Positions 1 to 9,941 of a stretch of DNA of 64,000 bases are shown here, piece after piece. Position 1 is the first letter of the stretch, and every line of letters begins with the position of its first letter. The stretch lies in the NCBI GenBank assembly GCA_048268885.1, contig JBLWUP010000028.1, forward strand, positions 6,315 to 70,314, given 5' to 3'. The notes under the pieces were generated by a model, which saw only the letters and a list, made by a program, of their open reading frames with translations, was not told where the DNA came from and did no database searches. The translations under genes were made by a program, and so were the position numbers. This stretch comes from Kiloniellaceae bacterium. Its GTDB lineage: Bacteria; Pseudomonadota; Alphaproteobacteria; Kiloniellales; Kiloniellaceae.

Positions 1-859
1 CATCGATGCTGGCTTTGTGCAGCAAATGGCCCTGGTCGTCGAGCAGCGGCACGCCGTAGCTCGCGAGAATGGCCTCGATCTCGTCCTTGCGCTTTTCCAG
101 GATGCCGTTCAGCAGGTGCTTCCAGTCCGGCTCGTTGTAGCGGATGCCCATGGAAATCCGGTAGTCGAGGCGCTCGTGGCCGGGATCGGGGGCCAGCGGC
201 GTGATCACCAGCGACGGCGCCAGCTCCTTCACCCAGTAGCCGGCCAACGGCCCCCAGGCGAGGGCGGCGTCGATCTCGCCCTTGGCCACGTCCTCGACCA
301 TGGCACGGGCCGGCTTTTCGAGCCGGGTGTCGACGATCAGGCGATAGGGCTTGGCGCGGGCCAGCAGTCCGTGGCGCGCGGCCAGGGTCGCCACCGGCGT
401 GCGCGGCTGGATACCCAGCCTCTGGTCCTTGAAGGCCGGATCGTCGAGCCGGCCGCCGTCCTGCAGCTTCAGATCGTCACGATGCACGATGACGTAGCTG
501 GAACGGTAATAGGGATTGGTGTTCTGCATCAGCTCGTTGGTGGTGGCGACCCCGATGATCAGGTCGCAGCGCTTGGCCGCCAGGGTCATGCGCACGAAGC
601 CGATGGTCTGCGGAAACCAAGTGTATTCCAAGGGAACGCCCAGGTCGCCGGCGATCAGTTTGGCGATCTTGTTCTCGAAGCCTTCGCCCTGCTCGTTGGA
701 GTAGGGCAGGTTGCCGGGGTCGGCGCAGACCCGGAGCTTGCTGCGGTCGACGACCTCGCCGGTTGCGGCAGATCCCTGTTCCGCGGTCCCGGCCACCGCC
801 GCCAGGGCGAGGCAGAGACCGCAGAAACGGGAAAACCGCGAACGCAGCGCAGCGGTCAT
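1..859 (-). CDS. xoxJ: XoxJ/MxaJ-family periplasmic binding protein of the quinoprotein methanol dehydrogenase system (3' end outside window)
   Basis: Manual translation from ATG at 859 (ATGA overlap with xoxG stop): signal peptide, then LRVCADPGNLPYSNEQGEGFENKIA, ending ...YGVPLLDDQGH. Not in the ORF track because the stop lies beyond position 1. Confidence 0.9.
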   Translation of the reverse strand, partial: MTAALRSRFSRFCGLCLALAAVAGTAEQGSAATGEVVDRSKLRVCADPGNLPYSNEQGEGFENKIAKLIAGDLGVPLEYTWFPQTIGFVRMTLAAKRCDLIIGVATTNELMQNTNPYYRSSYVIVHRDDLKLQDGGRLDDPAFKDQRLGIQPRTPVATLAARHGLLARAKPYRLIVDTRLEKPARAMVEDVAKGEIDAALAWGPLAGYWVKELAPSLVITPLAPDPGHERLDYRISMGIRYNEPDWKHLLNGILEKRKDEIEAILASYGVPLLDDQGHLLHKASID

Positions 860-1341
860 TGACTGGCTTTCCACTCCTGGAAAACGGGGTCCTCGTCAGC
901 CTTCAGACGCTTCGGCCGGCCGCGTCCGACCTTGTCGTCGGCACGGGCTTTCAAGTAGGCGTAGATGTGATCGATGTAGAGCATCACGTCGGCGGCCTCG
1001 GCGAAGCCCGGCATGACCGACTCCTTGCCGGCGGAGAGGTTCTCCCGGCCATTGACCACCACGTCGAGGAACTCGTCGTAGGTCATTACCTGCATAGAGT
1101 CCTTCAGCGCCGGGGCATAGGAACTGCCCATGGCATCGGGGCCGTGGCAGACGTGGCAGAAGGAATGATAGCGGCGAAAGCCGTTGTAGGTGCCGTAGTC
1201 GACCTTGCCGTCCTTGATGATGTAGGGCTGGTCGACCCAGTCGACCTCGCTGTTTTGGGCCGTGGCGGGGCTGCTGCAGGCTAGGGTGATGGCCATCATG
1301 GCACTGCTCGCCAGCGACAGCGTCGTCTTCCATGAACGCAT
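856..1341 (-). CDS. xoxG: XoxG c-type cytochrome, electron acceptor of XoxF
   Basis: Signal peptide, single CHVCH heme motif in GTYNGFRRYHSFCHVCHGPD context; lies between xoxF and xoxJ. Confidence 0.85.
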   Translation of the reverse strand: MRSWKTTLSLASSAMMAITLACSSPATAQNSEVDWVDQPYIIKDGKVDYGTYNGFRRYHSFCHVCHGPDAMGSSYAPALKDSMQVMTYDEFLDVVVNGRENLSAGKESVMPGFAEAADVMLYIDHIYAYLKARADDKVGRGRPKRLKADEDPVFQEWKASQ

Positions 1342-1430
1342 TAAATCTCGACTCCCAAGGATATGTTGCTACCGGTGCGTCTTGCGCCGATTCGGGGCGG
1401 GCTTTCTTTGCGGCCCTGTCCCCAGAAGGA

Positions 1431-1459
1431 TGCGGGCCGATGGAAATCATCGGCCCGCA
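1431..1459. terminator. 12-bp perfect hairpin between xoxF and xoxG (terminator or mRNA-stabilising stem)
   Basis: TGCGGGCCGATG-gaaat-CATCGGCCCGCA; no clear U-tract. Confidence 0.5.
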
Positions 1460-1499
1460 GAGGTGTTCTAAACTTCAGGACTTTATCACAGGGAGGCCT

Positions 1500-3296
1500 T
1501 CAGTTCGGGAGAGCGAACACCGTCAATTGTCCGCCGAGGTTGGTGTAGCTCGACAGGGACTTGTAGGCCCCCACCGCGCCGAGACCGGCGGTGTCCTCGG
1601 TCAGGCCCGCGGCAAGACCGATGCCGGCCCAGCCACCGATGCCCGAGAGGACGGCGACGTACTGCTTGCCGCCATGCTCGAAGGTGTTGACGTTGCCGAT
1701 GATGCCCGACGGGGTCTTGAAGCTGAACAGCTCGTCGCCGCTCATCGGATCGACCGCCTTCAGGTATCCCTCCAGGGTGCCGTAGAAGACCACGTCACCG
1801 GCCGTCGCCAGGGCGCCGGACCACACGGAGAAGGGCTCCGGCTTCGACCAGACGATCTCGCCCTTGGTCGCGTCGAAAGCGATGAAGTTGCCCAGGTTGC
1901 TTTCGCCTTCGGGCGGATACATCGACAGGGTCGCACCGACGTAGGGCTGGCCGGCCGTGTAGGAGACCTCGAAGGGCTCGTAGTCCATGCAGACGTGGTT
2001 GGTCGGGACGTAGAACAGGCCGGTCTTCGGCGAGTAGGCCGAAGGCTGCTGGTCCTTGGTGCCCAGCGCGGCCGGGCAGATGCCTTCGGAGTTCACGTCG
2101 GCACCGTTCTGGTCGGTCGAGTACTGCGAGACCACCTGCGGACGGCCGGTCTCCATGTCGACGTGGGTGGCCCAGTTGACCGCCGGATCGTACTTTTCGG
2201 CGACCAGCAGTTCACCCGTCACACGGTCAATGGTGTAGGCGAAGCCGTTGCGGTCGAAGTGGACCAGCGTCTTGCGCTCCGTGCCGCCGATGTTCAGGTC
2301 GGCCAGGATCATCTCGTTGACGCCGTCATAGTCCCACTCGTCGTGCGGGGTCATCTGATAGACCCACTTGGCCATGCCGGTGTCGAGATCGCGGGCGAAG
2401 ACGGTCATGGACCAGCGGTTGTCGCCCGGACGTTGCACCGGGTTCCAGGTGCCGGGGTTGCCGGAGCCGTAGTAGACCAGGTTCAGTTCGGGATCGTAGG
2501 ACATCCAGCCCCAGGTGGCGCCGCCACCCAGCTTCCACTGGTCACCTTCCCAGGTGTTGGTGCCGGAGTTCTCGCCGACGGGCTTGCCCAGGTGGGTGGT
2601 CTTCTGCGGGTCGACCAGGATGTTCTCGTCCGGACCAACCGAGTAGCCGCGCCACGCGATGGAGCCGTCGCTCATGTTGTAGGCCGTGACGTGGCCCTGG
2701 ATGCCGAACTCGCCGCCGGAGATGCCGATCAGCACCTTGTCGCCCGCCACTAGCGGCGCGGAGGTGCCGGTCTCGCCCTTGCCGGGGTCGCCGTTCTTCT
2801 TCGACCACTTCACCTCGCCGGTCGCCGCGTCGAGCGCGACCAGGGTGGTGTCGGCCTGGTGCAGGAAGATCGTGCCGTTGCCGTAGGCGACGCCGCGGTT
2901 GACGGTGTCGCAGCACATGACCGGAATGACGTTGGGATCCTGCCGCGGCTCATACTTCCAGATGATGCGGCCGTTGTCGTTCAGGTCCAGCGCGAAGACC
3001 TTGTTGGGGAAGGGCGTGTGAATGTACATCACATCGCCGATCACCAGGGGGCCACCCTCATGCCCGCGCAGCACGCCGGTCGAGAAGGTCCAGGCGACCT
3101 GCAGGTCGCCGACGTTGCCTTTGTTGATCTCGTCGAGTTCGCTGTAGCGCTGGCTGGCGTAGTTGCCGAGCGGCATGACCCAGTCGCTGGCGTTTTCCTG
3201 CATCTTCAGCAGATCGTCGTTGGCGAGCGCAGCCGTCGACGCAGTCGCAGTCAAAGCAACCGCAGACAAGGCCGCCAAGAGTTTAAACCTTTGCAT
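1500..3296 (-). CDS. xoxF: Lanthanide-dependent PQQ methanol dehydrogenase XoxF (probably XoxF5)
   Basis: Signal peptide from ATG 3296; vicinal CC (MCCDTVNRG), GGEFG Glu, GNPGTWNP Asn, and [10 protein letters not shown] with the extra Asp diagnostic of Ln-dependent enzymes; xoxFGJ order. Confidence 0.95.
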   Translation of the reverse strand: MQRFKLLAALSAVALTATASTAALANDDLLKMQENASDWVMPLGNYASQRYSELDEINKGNVGDLQVAWTFSTGVLRGHEGGPLVIGDVMYIHTPFPNKVFALDLNDNGRIIWKYEPRQDPNVIPVMCCDTVNRGVAYGNGTIFLHQADTTLVALDAATGEVKWSKKNGDPGKGETGTSAPLVAGDKVLIGISGGEFGIQGHVTAYNMSDGSIAWRGYSVGPDENILVDPQKTTHLGKPVGENSGTNTWEGDQWKLGGGATWGWMSYDPELNLVYYGSGNPGTWNPVQRPGDNRWSMTVFARDLDTGMAKWVYQMTPHDEWDYDGVNEMILADLNIGGTERKTLVHFDRNGFAYTIDRVTGELLVAEKYDPAVNWATHVDMETGRPQVVSQYSTDQNGADVNSEGICPAALGTKDQQPSAYSPKTGLFYVPTNHVCMDYEPFEVSYTAGQPYVGATLSMYPPEGESNLGNFIAFDATKGEIVWSKPEPFSVWSGALATAGDVVFYGTLEGYLKAVDPMSGDELFSFKTPSGIIGNVNTFEHGGKQYVAVLSGIGGWAGIGLAAGLTEDTAGLGAVGAYKSLSSYTNLGGQLTVFALPN

Positions 3297-3554
3297 TTCC
3301 CGTCCCCTGATGAGTGTTGTTGGCACGCATTTGCTCAAGAAAGCTGCGCACGATTTCGAGGCGAAAACCGAGCAGTAGAAGCAAGGCGCTATTTACCCTT
3401 GGAAGTCTGCGAAGACGCCCGCTTTTTGTCGATAGAACCATAGTATTAAGCGGCTTGGAGGTGTGGAATCGACCGCCGTCGTTGCTCCGTCGATACCGCG
3501 GTGCAATATGGATTTTCGCCCCGTTATCGGCCCTGTTGCGGCTGCGAAGTGACC

Positions 3555-4331
3555 TCAGGCGAGGACCGTTTCGGGGTGCTCTCGATTGAGGGCGTCGAGG
3601 AAGCGGCGCAGGGCTTCGCCGTCGCGCGCATCGCGCGCCAGGGTGACCGGAACGTCCCCGACGATCCGTGCCGGCTGGCCGTTCATCAGCAGCAGCCGGT
3701 CGGCCAGGCGGGCCGCCTCACGCACGTTGTGCGTGACCATCAGGACGGTGGTGGAATGCCTTTGCCAGAGCTCCAGCAGCAGGGCGCGCAGCCGGTCGGC
3801 CGTATGCTCGTCCAGGGAGACGAAGGGCTCGTCCAGCAGAAGCACATCGGGCATGACGGCGAAGGCGCGGGCCAGCGCGACGCGGCGCGCCAGACCGAGG
3901 GAAAGCTCCGCCGGATAGCGCCCGCGCAGCTCCTGCAGGCCGAGGATGGCAAAGAGCCCGTCGAGGTCCGCTGCGCGCCCTCGCGGGTCGGTTTCCGGCG
4001 GCAGGGCGAGGCGCACGTTCTGCTCCACCGTGCGCCAGGGCAGAAGGCGCGGTTCCTGAAACACCGCCGCCATGCGCAGCGCCGGAGAGGGCAGCTCGAT
4101 GCTGCCGGCGAAATCGCGGTCGAGGCCGAGGAGAAGGCGCAGCGTCGTCGTCTTGCCGCAGCCCGAAGGGCCGATCAGGCAGGTGAAGGTCTGCGGCCGC
4201 AGCTCGAAGGCCAGGCCGTGCAATACCTCCGTCGCGGCGCCGTCGGCGGAACGGAAGGCCTTGCTGTCGATCCTGACCTTAAGCCGCCCGGGAAGCTGTC
4301 CGGGGCCGCCAGCGATTGAGGTGGGTTTCAA
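3555..4331 (-). CDS. NitT/TauT-family ABC transporter ATP-binding subunit
   Basis: Walker A GPSGCGKTT, FQEPRLLPW, LSLG signature variant, LLLDEPF; start codon uncertain (TTG 4331 proposed; ORF open to 4388). Confidence 0.85.
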   Translation of the reverse strand: MKPTSIAGGPGQLPGRLKVRIDSKAFRSADGAATEVLHGLAFELRPQTFTCLIGPSGCGKTTTLRLLLGLDRDFAGSIELPSPALRMAAVFQEPRLLPWRTVEQNVRLALPPETDPRGRAADLDGLFAILGLQELRGRYPAELSLGLARRVALARAFAVMPDVLLLDEPFVSLDEHTADRLRALLLELWQRHSTTVLMVTHNVREAARLADRLLLMNGQPARIVGDVPVTLARDARDGEALRRFLDALNREHPETVLA

Positions 4332-5064
4332 GAGGCTGAACCACGAGGAATTCGATGAACAACATGACGCAGACGAAGGCCAAGGCATAGCCGAGAATGG
4401 CCGCGACGTCGAAGAGTTGGAAGTAGAGGTGTATCTGGAAGCCGACGCCGTTGGACCGCCCCAGCAGCTCCACCACCAGCACGATCTTCCAGATCAGGGC
4501 CAGGCCGGAGCGTCCGGCCGCCGCGATGAAGGGCGTCAGCTGCGGCAGCACCACGTGCCGCAGCATGCGGCCGCGGGAGAAGCGGAAGACCTGCGCCATC
4601 TCGGTCAGCTTCGGGTCGAGGGCGCGGGCGCCTTCGCGCAGGGTGACGACGACATTGGGGATCTTGTTGATGGCCACGGCGGTGACGGCGGCCGCCTCGG
4701 TCAGGCCGATCCAGATGTAGCAGAGCACGATGACCACGAGGGCCGGGATGTTGAGCAGCAGAATGATCCAGGGATCGAACAGCCGGTTGGCCCGGTGGCT
4801 CTGGCCCATCAGCACGCCGATCCCCGTGCCGATGAACATGGCGATCAGGAAGGCCGCGGCGACGCGCGCCAGCGTGACCCCCAGATGATAGAACAACTCG
4901 CCGGCGGCGGCCTCCTTCATCACGAAGGCCATGACGGCTGCCGGCCCCGGCACCTCGGGCGAGGCCGCCAGGGCCGCCGCCCCGGCCCAGAGGGCGAGGA
5001 AGGCCAGGATGGAGATCAGCCGCAGCGGCGCGCGTGTCCCGCCATCCTTTGCGCTAGCGGCCAT
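4279..5064 (-). CDS. NitT/TauT-family ABC transporter permease
   Basis: Multiple TM helices, EGARALDPKLTEMA EAA-loop variant, ELLG motif. Confidence 0.88.
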   Translation of the reverse strand: MAASAKDGGTRAPLRLISILAFLALWAGAAALAASPEVPGPAAVMAFVMKEAAAGELFYHLGVTLARVAAAFLIAMFIGTGIGVLMGQSHRANRLFDPWIILLLNIPALVVIVLCYIWIGLTEAAAVTAVAINKIPNVVVTLREGARALDPKLTEMAQVFRFSRGRMLRHVVLPQLTPFIAAAGRSGLALIWKIVLVVELLGRSNGVGFQIHLYFQLFDVAAILGYALAFVCVMLFIEFLVVQPLETHLNRWRPRTASRAA

Positions 5065-5088
5065 CGCGGCGCGTCCTGCGGCGCGCGG

Positions 5089-6075
5089 TCAGGAGCCGTT
5101 GACCAGCACCGGCCAGAAGGTGCCGGGGGCCATGGTCTTGGACTTGCCGACCAGCTTCTCGCCGCCGAGTTCGGCCAGGAAGTTGTAGACCTCGGCAGTG
5201 TCGGCCATCTCCTCGCTGAGCGGCCGCGAGGGGATGCCCTCGCGGAAGCGGTCGCGCAGGGCGGTCAGCGTGGCGTCGTCCTTCGCCCCGGTCATCTCGC
5301 GCAGGGTCTCCCATTCGGCGTCGGAACTGCGCAGCAGCTCCTTGGCGTCCCGCGAGGCCTGGACGAAGCCGCGCACGGCCTGGGTGTTCTGCGCCGCCCA
5401 CTTTTCGTCGAAGACATAGCCGATGGCGGAGATCGGTCCCTTGGCCCCCAGTTCCATCGCGGCCTCGTTGGCGCCGATGATGCGGCGGAAGCCTTTGGCC
5501 TCCAGGCGCGCGCTGTAGTGCCAGTAGTTCAAGACCGCGTCGACCTCGCCCTGCTCGGCTTTCTTGGCCAGCAGCGGCGGGGCGCCGAAGACCGCTTCGC
5601 TCTCCTCGGCCGGGTCGAAGCCGTAGCGGCGCTGGGTCAGGCCGCGCAGTAGCAGCCAGCTCTTGTCGAGCGGTCCGCCGGCCACGGCGATCTTCTTGCC
5701 CTTCAGGTCGCCGAGGTCGCGGATCGCGGAATCGGCGGGCACCATGAGGGCGCCGACGGAGGCGGAGAAGGGAACGAAGGTGTAGGGCTTGCCTTCCGAG
5801 CGCTGGCGCGACACCCAGAGCCAGTCGGAGACGATTATGTCGACCTCGCCGGACTGCAGGGCGACCTTGGTGGCCTGGTCGCCCGCCAGCGGCAGAACGT
5901 CCAGGGTGAAGCCGTGCTTCTTGTCGAGCCCGTGACGCTGGATGGTGGTCAGTTCCCAGTTCACGGTGCCGAATTTCAGGACGCCGACACGGATCGTCTC
6001 CTCCGCGACCGCGGGCAGGCTCGACAGGGCGACCAGGACCGCTGCCGTCGCGACGACCTTCTGCAGTAAGCGCAT
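5089..6075 (-). CDS. NitT/TauT-family ABC substrate-binding protein (quinoprotein-associated)
   Basis: Signal peptide; IRVGVLKFGTVNWEL, DLKGKKIAVAGG; first gene of the transporter operon next to xoxF. Confidence 0.85.
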   Translation of the reverse strand: MRLLQKVVATAAVLVALSSLPAVAEETIRVGVLKFGTVNWELTTIQRHGLDKKHGFTLDVLPLAGDQATKVALQSGEVDIIVSDWLWVSRQRSEGKPYTFVPFSASVGALMVPADSAIRDLGDLKGKKIAVAGGPLDKSWLLLRGLTQRRYGFDPAEESEAVFGAPPLLAKKAEQGEVDAVLNYWHYSARLEAKGFRRIIGANEAAMELGAKGPISAIGYVFDEKWAAQNTQAVRGFVQASRDAKELLRSSDAEWETLREMTGAKDDATLTALRDRFREGIPSRPLSEEMADTAEVYNFLAELGGEKLVGKSKTMAPGTFWPVLVNGS

Positions 6076-6220
6076 GCTTTTCCTCCCGCCTTTCCAAGGT
6101 GTTGTTGGGTCACCTTAGACTTGTTCTATTTAGCTGGAAGCCTAGCAACCGGCCGGGCGGGCTGAATATAGGCCGAAAGGCTTATGCGGGTCGGGAAAGC
6201 ATCGTGAAGCGGGGCGTGGC

Positions 6221-7753
6221 TCAGACGGCCTGCCGCTGCAGCGGCTCCGGCGGCGTTTCGGCTGCCTTGTCCTTCAGCGGCTTGATCTCCCCGAAGCGCT
6301 GCATGACGTGCTGCGACCAGTGCGCGATGTCGTAGTGGCGCACGCTGGCGCGCAGCCGCTTCATGCGGGCTTGCTGTTCCTCCTCGCCCATGTCGAGGGC
6401 CTGGTCGATGGCCGCGTCCATGGAGCGGTCGGAGTAGGGGTTGGTCAGCACGGCGTTCGGCAGCTCGACGGCGGCGCCGGTGAACTCGGAGAGCACCAGC
6501 ACGCCCTTCTCGTCGGGCCGCGCCGCACAGAACTCCTTGGCCACCAGGTTGAGGCCGTCGCGCAGCGGCGCGATCCAGCAGACGTCGGCGGCCCGGTAGT
6601 AGGCGATCAGCTTTTCGAAGGGAATGGCCGTGGTGAAGAGGATGATCGGCTGCCAGCCGAAATTTCCGTAGCGCCCGTTGATGCGGCCGACCAGCGCTTC
6701 GATCTGGCGCTGCGCCTTGCGGTAGACCGCCATGTGGGGATTGGCCGAGACCGAGGTCACCATCAGCGTGATCTTGTCGCGCAGCTCGGGCCGGCGCTCC
6801 AGCAGGCGCTCGTAGGCGGCCAGCATCTCGCGCGTGCCCTTGGTGTAGTCGGTGCGGCCGACCGACACGATGAGGCGGCGCCCGTTCAGGGTCTGCTGGA
6901 TCTCCTCGATCTGCGCGTCGGTTTCCGGGCGCTCCACGACCTCCTCGATGTAGTCGGCATTGGTGCCGACCGGGAAGGCGTCGATGTTGACTTTGTGGCC
7001 GGCGTGGCTGATGCGGGTCGGCACCTCCGGTTCGGAGAGCGCCATGCCGGTCGGCGACATGCCGGCTTCGGTCTGCGTGACCTCGTCGATCTTCACATCG
7101 AACAGGGTGCGGGCGGCGCCGACGAAGTTCGCGGCGTAGCGCGGGATGTGGAAGCCGACCAGGTCGCACTGCAGCAGGCTTTCCATGATTTCGGCGCGCC
7201 AGGGCAGCACGTTGAAGACGTCCGCGGCCGGGAAGGGCGTATGGTGGAAGAAGGCGATGCGCGCGTTCGGCTTCAGCTTGCGCAGGTAGGCCGGCACTAG
7301 CCAGAGGTTATAGTCGTGCACCCAGATCAGCGCGTCGTCGGCCGCCTGCGCCGCCGCGGCTTCGGCGAAGCGCCAGTTGACCTCGCGGTAGGTCGGCCAG
7401 TCGACCGGCTCGTAGTCGTAGGTCTCCGGGAAGCTGTGCAGGATCGGCCACAGGGCCTCCTTGGAGGTGACGCTGTAGAAGCTCTTCACTTCCTCCGGCG
7501 TCAGCGGCAGGCGGGAGACGTTGTACTCGCCCACGGAATCGCTGACCGTGACCACTTGCTGGAAGGTGGCCAGCTGCTTGGCCTTGACCTGCGTCCAGGC
7601 GACCCAGGCGCCGCGGTCGATTTCTGCGAAGAAGCTCTTCAGAGTGGGAACAATGCCATTCGGGCTGGAGTGCGGCCGATAGACGGTCTGGCCGTCCTGG
7701 ATCACTTCTTCCAGCGGTTGGCGGTGATAAACGATAACGAGATCTGATTTCAC
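6221..7753 (-). CDS. ggpS: Glucosylglycerol-phosphate synthase (GT20, OtsA-like)
   Basis: GTG start at 7753 overlapping upstream stop; [25 protein letters not shown]-terminus typical of GgpS; [37 protein letters not shown]; co-transcribed with gpsA. Confidence 0.85.
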   Translation of the reverse strand: MKSDLVIVYHRQPLEEVIQDGQTVYRPHSSPNGIVPTLKSFFAEIDRGAWVAWTQVKAKQLATFQQVVTVSDSVGEYNVSRLPLTPEEVKSFYSVTSKEALWPILHSFPETYDYEPVDWPTYREVNWRFAEAAAAQAADDALIWVHDYNLWLVPAYLRKLKPNARIAFFHHTPFPAADVFNVLPWRAEIMESLLQCDLVGFHIPRYAANFVGAARTLFDVKIDEVTQTEAGMSPTGMALSEPEVPTRISHAGHKVNIDAFPVGTNADYIEEVVERPETDAQIEEIQQTLNGRRLIVSVGRTDYTKGTREMLAAYERLLERRPELRDKITLMVTSVSANPHMAVYRKAQRQIEALVGRINGRYGNFGWQPIILFTTAIPFEKLIAYYRAADVCWIAPLRDGLNLVAKEFCAARPDEKGVLVLSEFTGAAVELPNAVLTNPYSDRSMDAAIDQALDMGEEEQQARMKRLRASVRHYDIAHWSQHVMQRFGEIKPLKDKAAETPPEPLQRQAV

Positions 7754-8487
7754 TCTATCGGCTCCGGCAGCAGGTTCAGGTGATGCATGGCTTCGAGGAT
7801 GCCGGCGGCGCCGGCCCCGTCGCTGTGGTAGACCGTGTCGCGGCCTTGCAGGCGCTCGACCAGCGCCGCCTCGCTGTTGCCGACCGCGACCCCTTGCAGG
7901 CCGGTCTCGAACAGCGACAGATCGTTCAGCGTGTCCCCCGCCACCAGCACGCGCCGCGGGTCGAGGTCCAGATTGGCGATGAGGTGCAGCAGCGTGGGCC
8001 CCTTGGCGATGCCCGGCGGCAGGACGTCGAGGAAGCGTTCGGCGGAGATCAGGACGTCCAGTCCGCGCGCCTCGATTTCTGCGATCCGGCCATGGTCGAA
8101 AGCGGCGGGGTCGTAGTCGTAGCTGACGCGGTAGCGAAAAGGCGTCGGCTGCAGCGTCAGGCCCGGAACGCCGTCCAGCAGGGCGCGCACTTCGTCGCCG
8201 CGATCGTCCCAGGCCCGGGCGATGTGGTCTTCCAGGGCTTCCATGGGCGCCAGGTCGCGGCCCCCGGCGATGGTGGTGCCGACATCGCCGATCACATAGT
8301 CGGGCCAGGGCACCATCGTGCCGGTGCAAAGCTCGCGGATGAACGGCAGGTCGCGCCCGGTCACGAAGATCAGCAACAGGCCGTCGCGCTGCGCCTCGAT
8401 CATCTCGTAAAGACGCCGGCGCGCGGCCTCGGCGCCGCCCAGGAACGTGCCGTCCAGGTCGGTGGCCAGGATGAGGTCCGGGATCAT
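7750..8487 (-). CDS. HAD-IIB (sucrose-phosphatase-like) phosphatase, candidate glucosylglycerol-phosphate phosphatase
   Basis: ATDLDGT motif I, VTGR motif II, K in GIAKG, AGDTLND motif IV; translationally coupled to gpsA and ggpS. Confidence 0.8.
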   Translation of the reverse strand: MIPDLILATDLDGTFLGGAEAARRRLYEMIEAQRDGLLLIFVTGRDLPFIRELCTGTMVPWPDYVIGDVGTTIAGGRDLAPMEALEDHIARAWDDRGDEVRALLDGVPGLTLQPTPFRYRVSYDYDPAAFDHGRIAEIEARGLDVLISAERFLDVLPPGIAKGPTLLHLIANLDLDPRRVLVAGDTLNDLSLFETGLQGVAVGNSEAALVERLQGRDTVYHSDGAGAAGILEAMHHLNLLPEPIE

Positions 8488-9587
8488 CGGGTCAGGGCTT
8501 CGACCTGGGCGTCGATCTTGTCGGAGGCCGGGTGGGGCAGGGCCAGGTCCAGGGCCTTCGGTTCGGCCTTCAAAGGTCTGCCGAGCAGCATGCCCAGGGC
8601 GTCGCCGATATCCGCGCCGTCCTCCAGCACGGCGCGCATGGCTTCGCAGATCGGCATCTCCAGGCCCAGCCGGCGCGCCAGGTCGGTGACGGAGACCGTG
8701 TTGACCACGCCCTCGACCACCTGCGCCTTGCCGTTCAGGATGTCGCGCGGGTTTTGGCCGCGGCCGAGCGCCAGGCCGAAGGACATGTTGCGCGACTGCT
8801 CGCTGGAGCAGGTCAGCATCAGGTCGCCGATCCCGGCGAGGCCGGTGACGGTCTCGCGGCGGCCGCCGAGGGTTTCGGCCAGGGCTTTCATTTCCTCGAG
8901 GCCCCGCGTGATCAGCGCCGCCCGGGTGTTGGAGCGGAAACCGAGTCCGGCGGCGATGCCGCAGGCGATGGCCAGCACGTTCTTCACCGCGCCGCCGACT
9001 TCCACGCCCACCAAGTCGTCGGACACGTAGGGGCGCAGCGTCGGCGTGCTGAGAGCCAGGGCGATCCGCGCGGCCAGCGATGTCTCGGCCTCGCCGTCGG
9101 CGGCGCAGCGCGAGGCGACGGTGACGGCGGTCGGCATCCCGGCGGCGACTTCTTCGGCGAAGGTCGGACCGGAGAGCACGGCCAGCGGCCGTCCCGGCAT
9201 CTCCTCCTCGACGATGCCGGTCATCAGCTTGCCGGTCTCCCGTTCGATCCCTTTGGAGCAGATCACCACGGGCACGCCGCCGGCGAGCAGTCGTTCCACT
9301 TCCGCCGCGGTCTGCCGAAGGAACTGCGAGGGCACGACCAGCAGCACCAGCTTGGCGTCGGTCAGGGCGTCGTCCAGGTCGTTAGTGGGCTCGATGCGCC
9401 GGGGCACCTCGTGCCCGGCCAGGAAGGGGGTGTTCTCGCCGTCGGCGCGGATCGCGTCCACGACTTCCGCTTCGCGCGCCCAGAGGCGCACCCGGCGCCC
9501 GGCGCGGGCGGCGGAGATGGCAAGGGCGGTGCCCCAGGCACCGGCACCGATGATGGCGATTTGATTGAAATGGATTTTTGCTGTCAT
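8484..9587 (-). CDS. gpsA: NAD(P)H-dependent glycerol-3-phosphate dehydrogenase
   Basis: ATG 9587 with AGAAGG RBS; GAGAWGTALA, CSKGIE, LSGPTFAEEV, GGAVKNVLAIACG, GIGDLMLTC..SRN. Confidence 0.92.
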   Translation of the reverse strand: MTAKIHFNQIAIIGAGAWGTALAISAARAGRRVRLWAREAEVVDAIRADGENTPFLAGHEVPRRIEPTNDLDDALTDAKLVLLVVPSQFLRQTAAEVERLLAGGVPVVICSKGIERETGKLMTGIVEEEMPGRPLAVLSGPTFAEEVAAGMPTAVTVASRCAADGEAETSLAARIALALSTPTLRPYVSDDLVGVEVGGAVKNVLAIACGIAAGLGFRSNTRAALITRGLEEMKALAETLGGRRETVTGLAGIGDLMLTCSSEQSRNMSFGLALGRGQNPRDILNGKAQVVEGVVNTVSVTDLARRLGLEMPICEAMRAVLEDGADIGDALGMLLGRPLKAEPKALDLALPHPASDKIDAQVEALTR

Positions 9588-9941
9588 CCTTCTCGCGCGT
9601 GGTTGTGGGTGGCGCCAAGGCGCTCGATCGCGTTTCTGCGGCTTGATTTCCCCCACAACACCGCGCGAACCCCGTGGGGCCCTCGGACAAAGCGCGGTGC
9701 GCGTCGTTTTCCGACATCTGCCTGCGGGATTGCCGTGCAGGACGTTTTTTGTTTTCACCAGCGTCTCGCCGCGTCGGGCCGGGCGCTCGTGATGTGTGCC
9801 GGACTTTGTATGATCACAGTATAGTTCAGTCAGCGTTGAATTTCTATGCCCGGGGCCGATATATTTCCGTGCACAGTGGCAAAAGCCCGGAAATGCAGGG
9901 CAAGTCACAGTAATTTTTTTCATCGGCCCCGGAGTAGTTTG

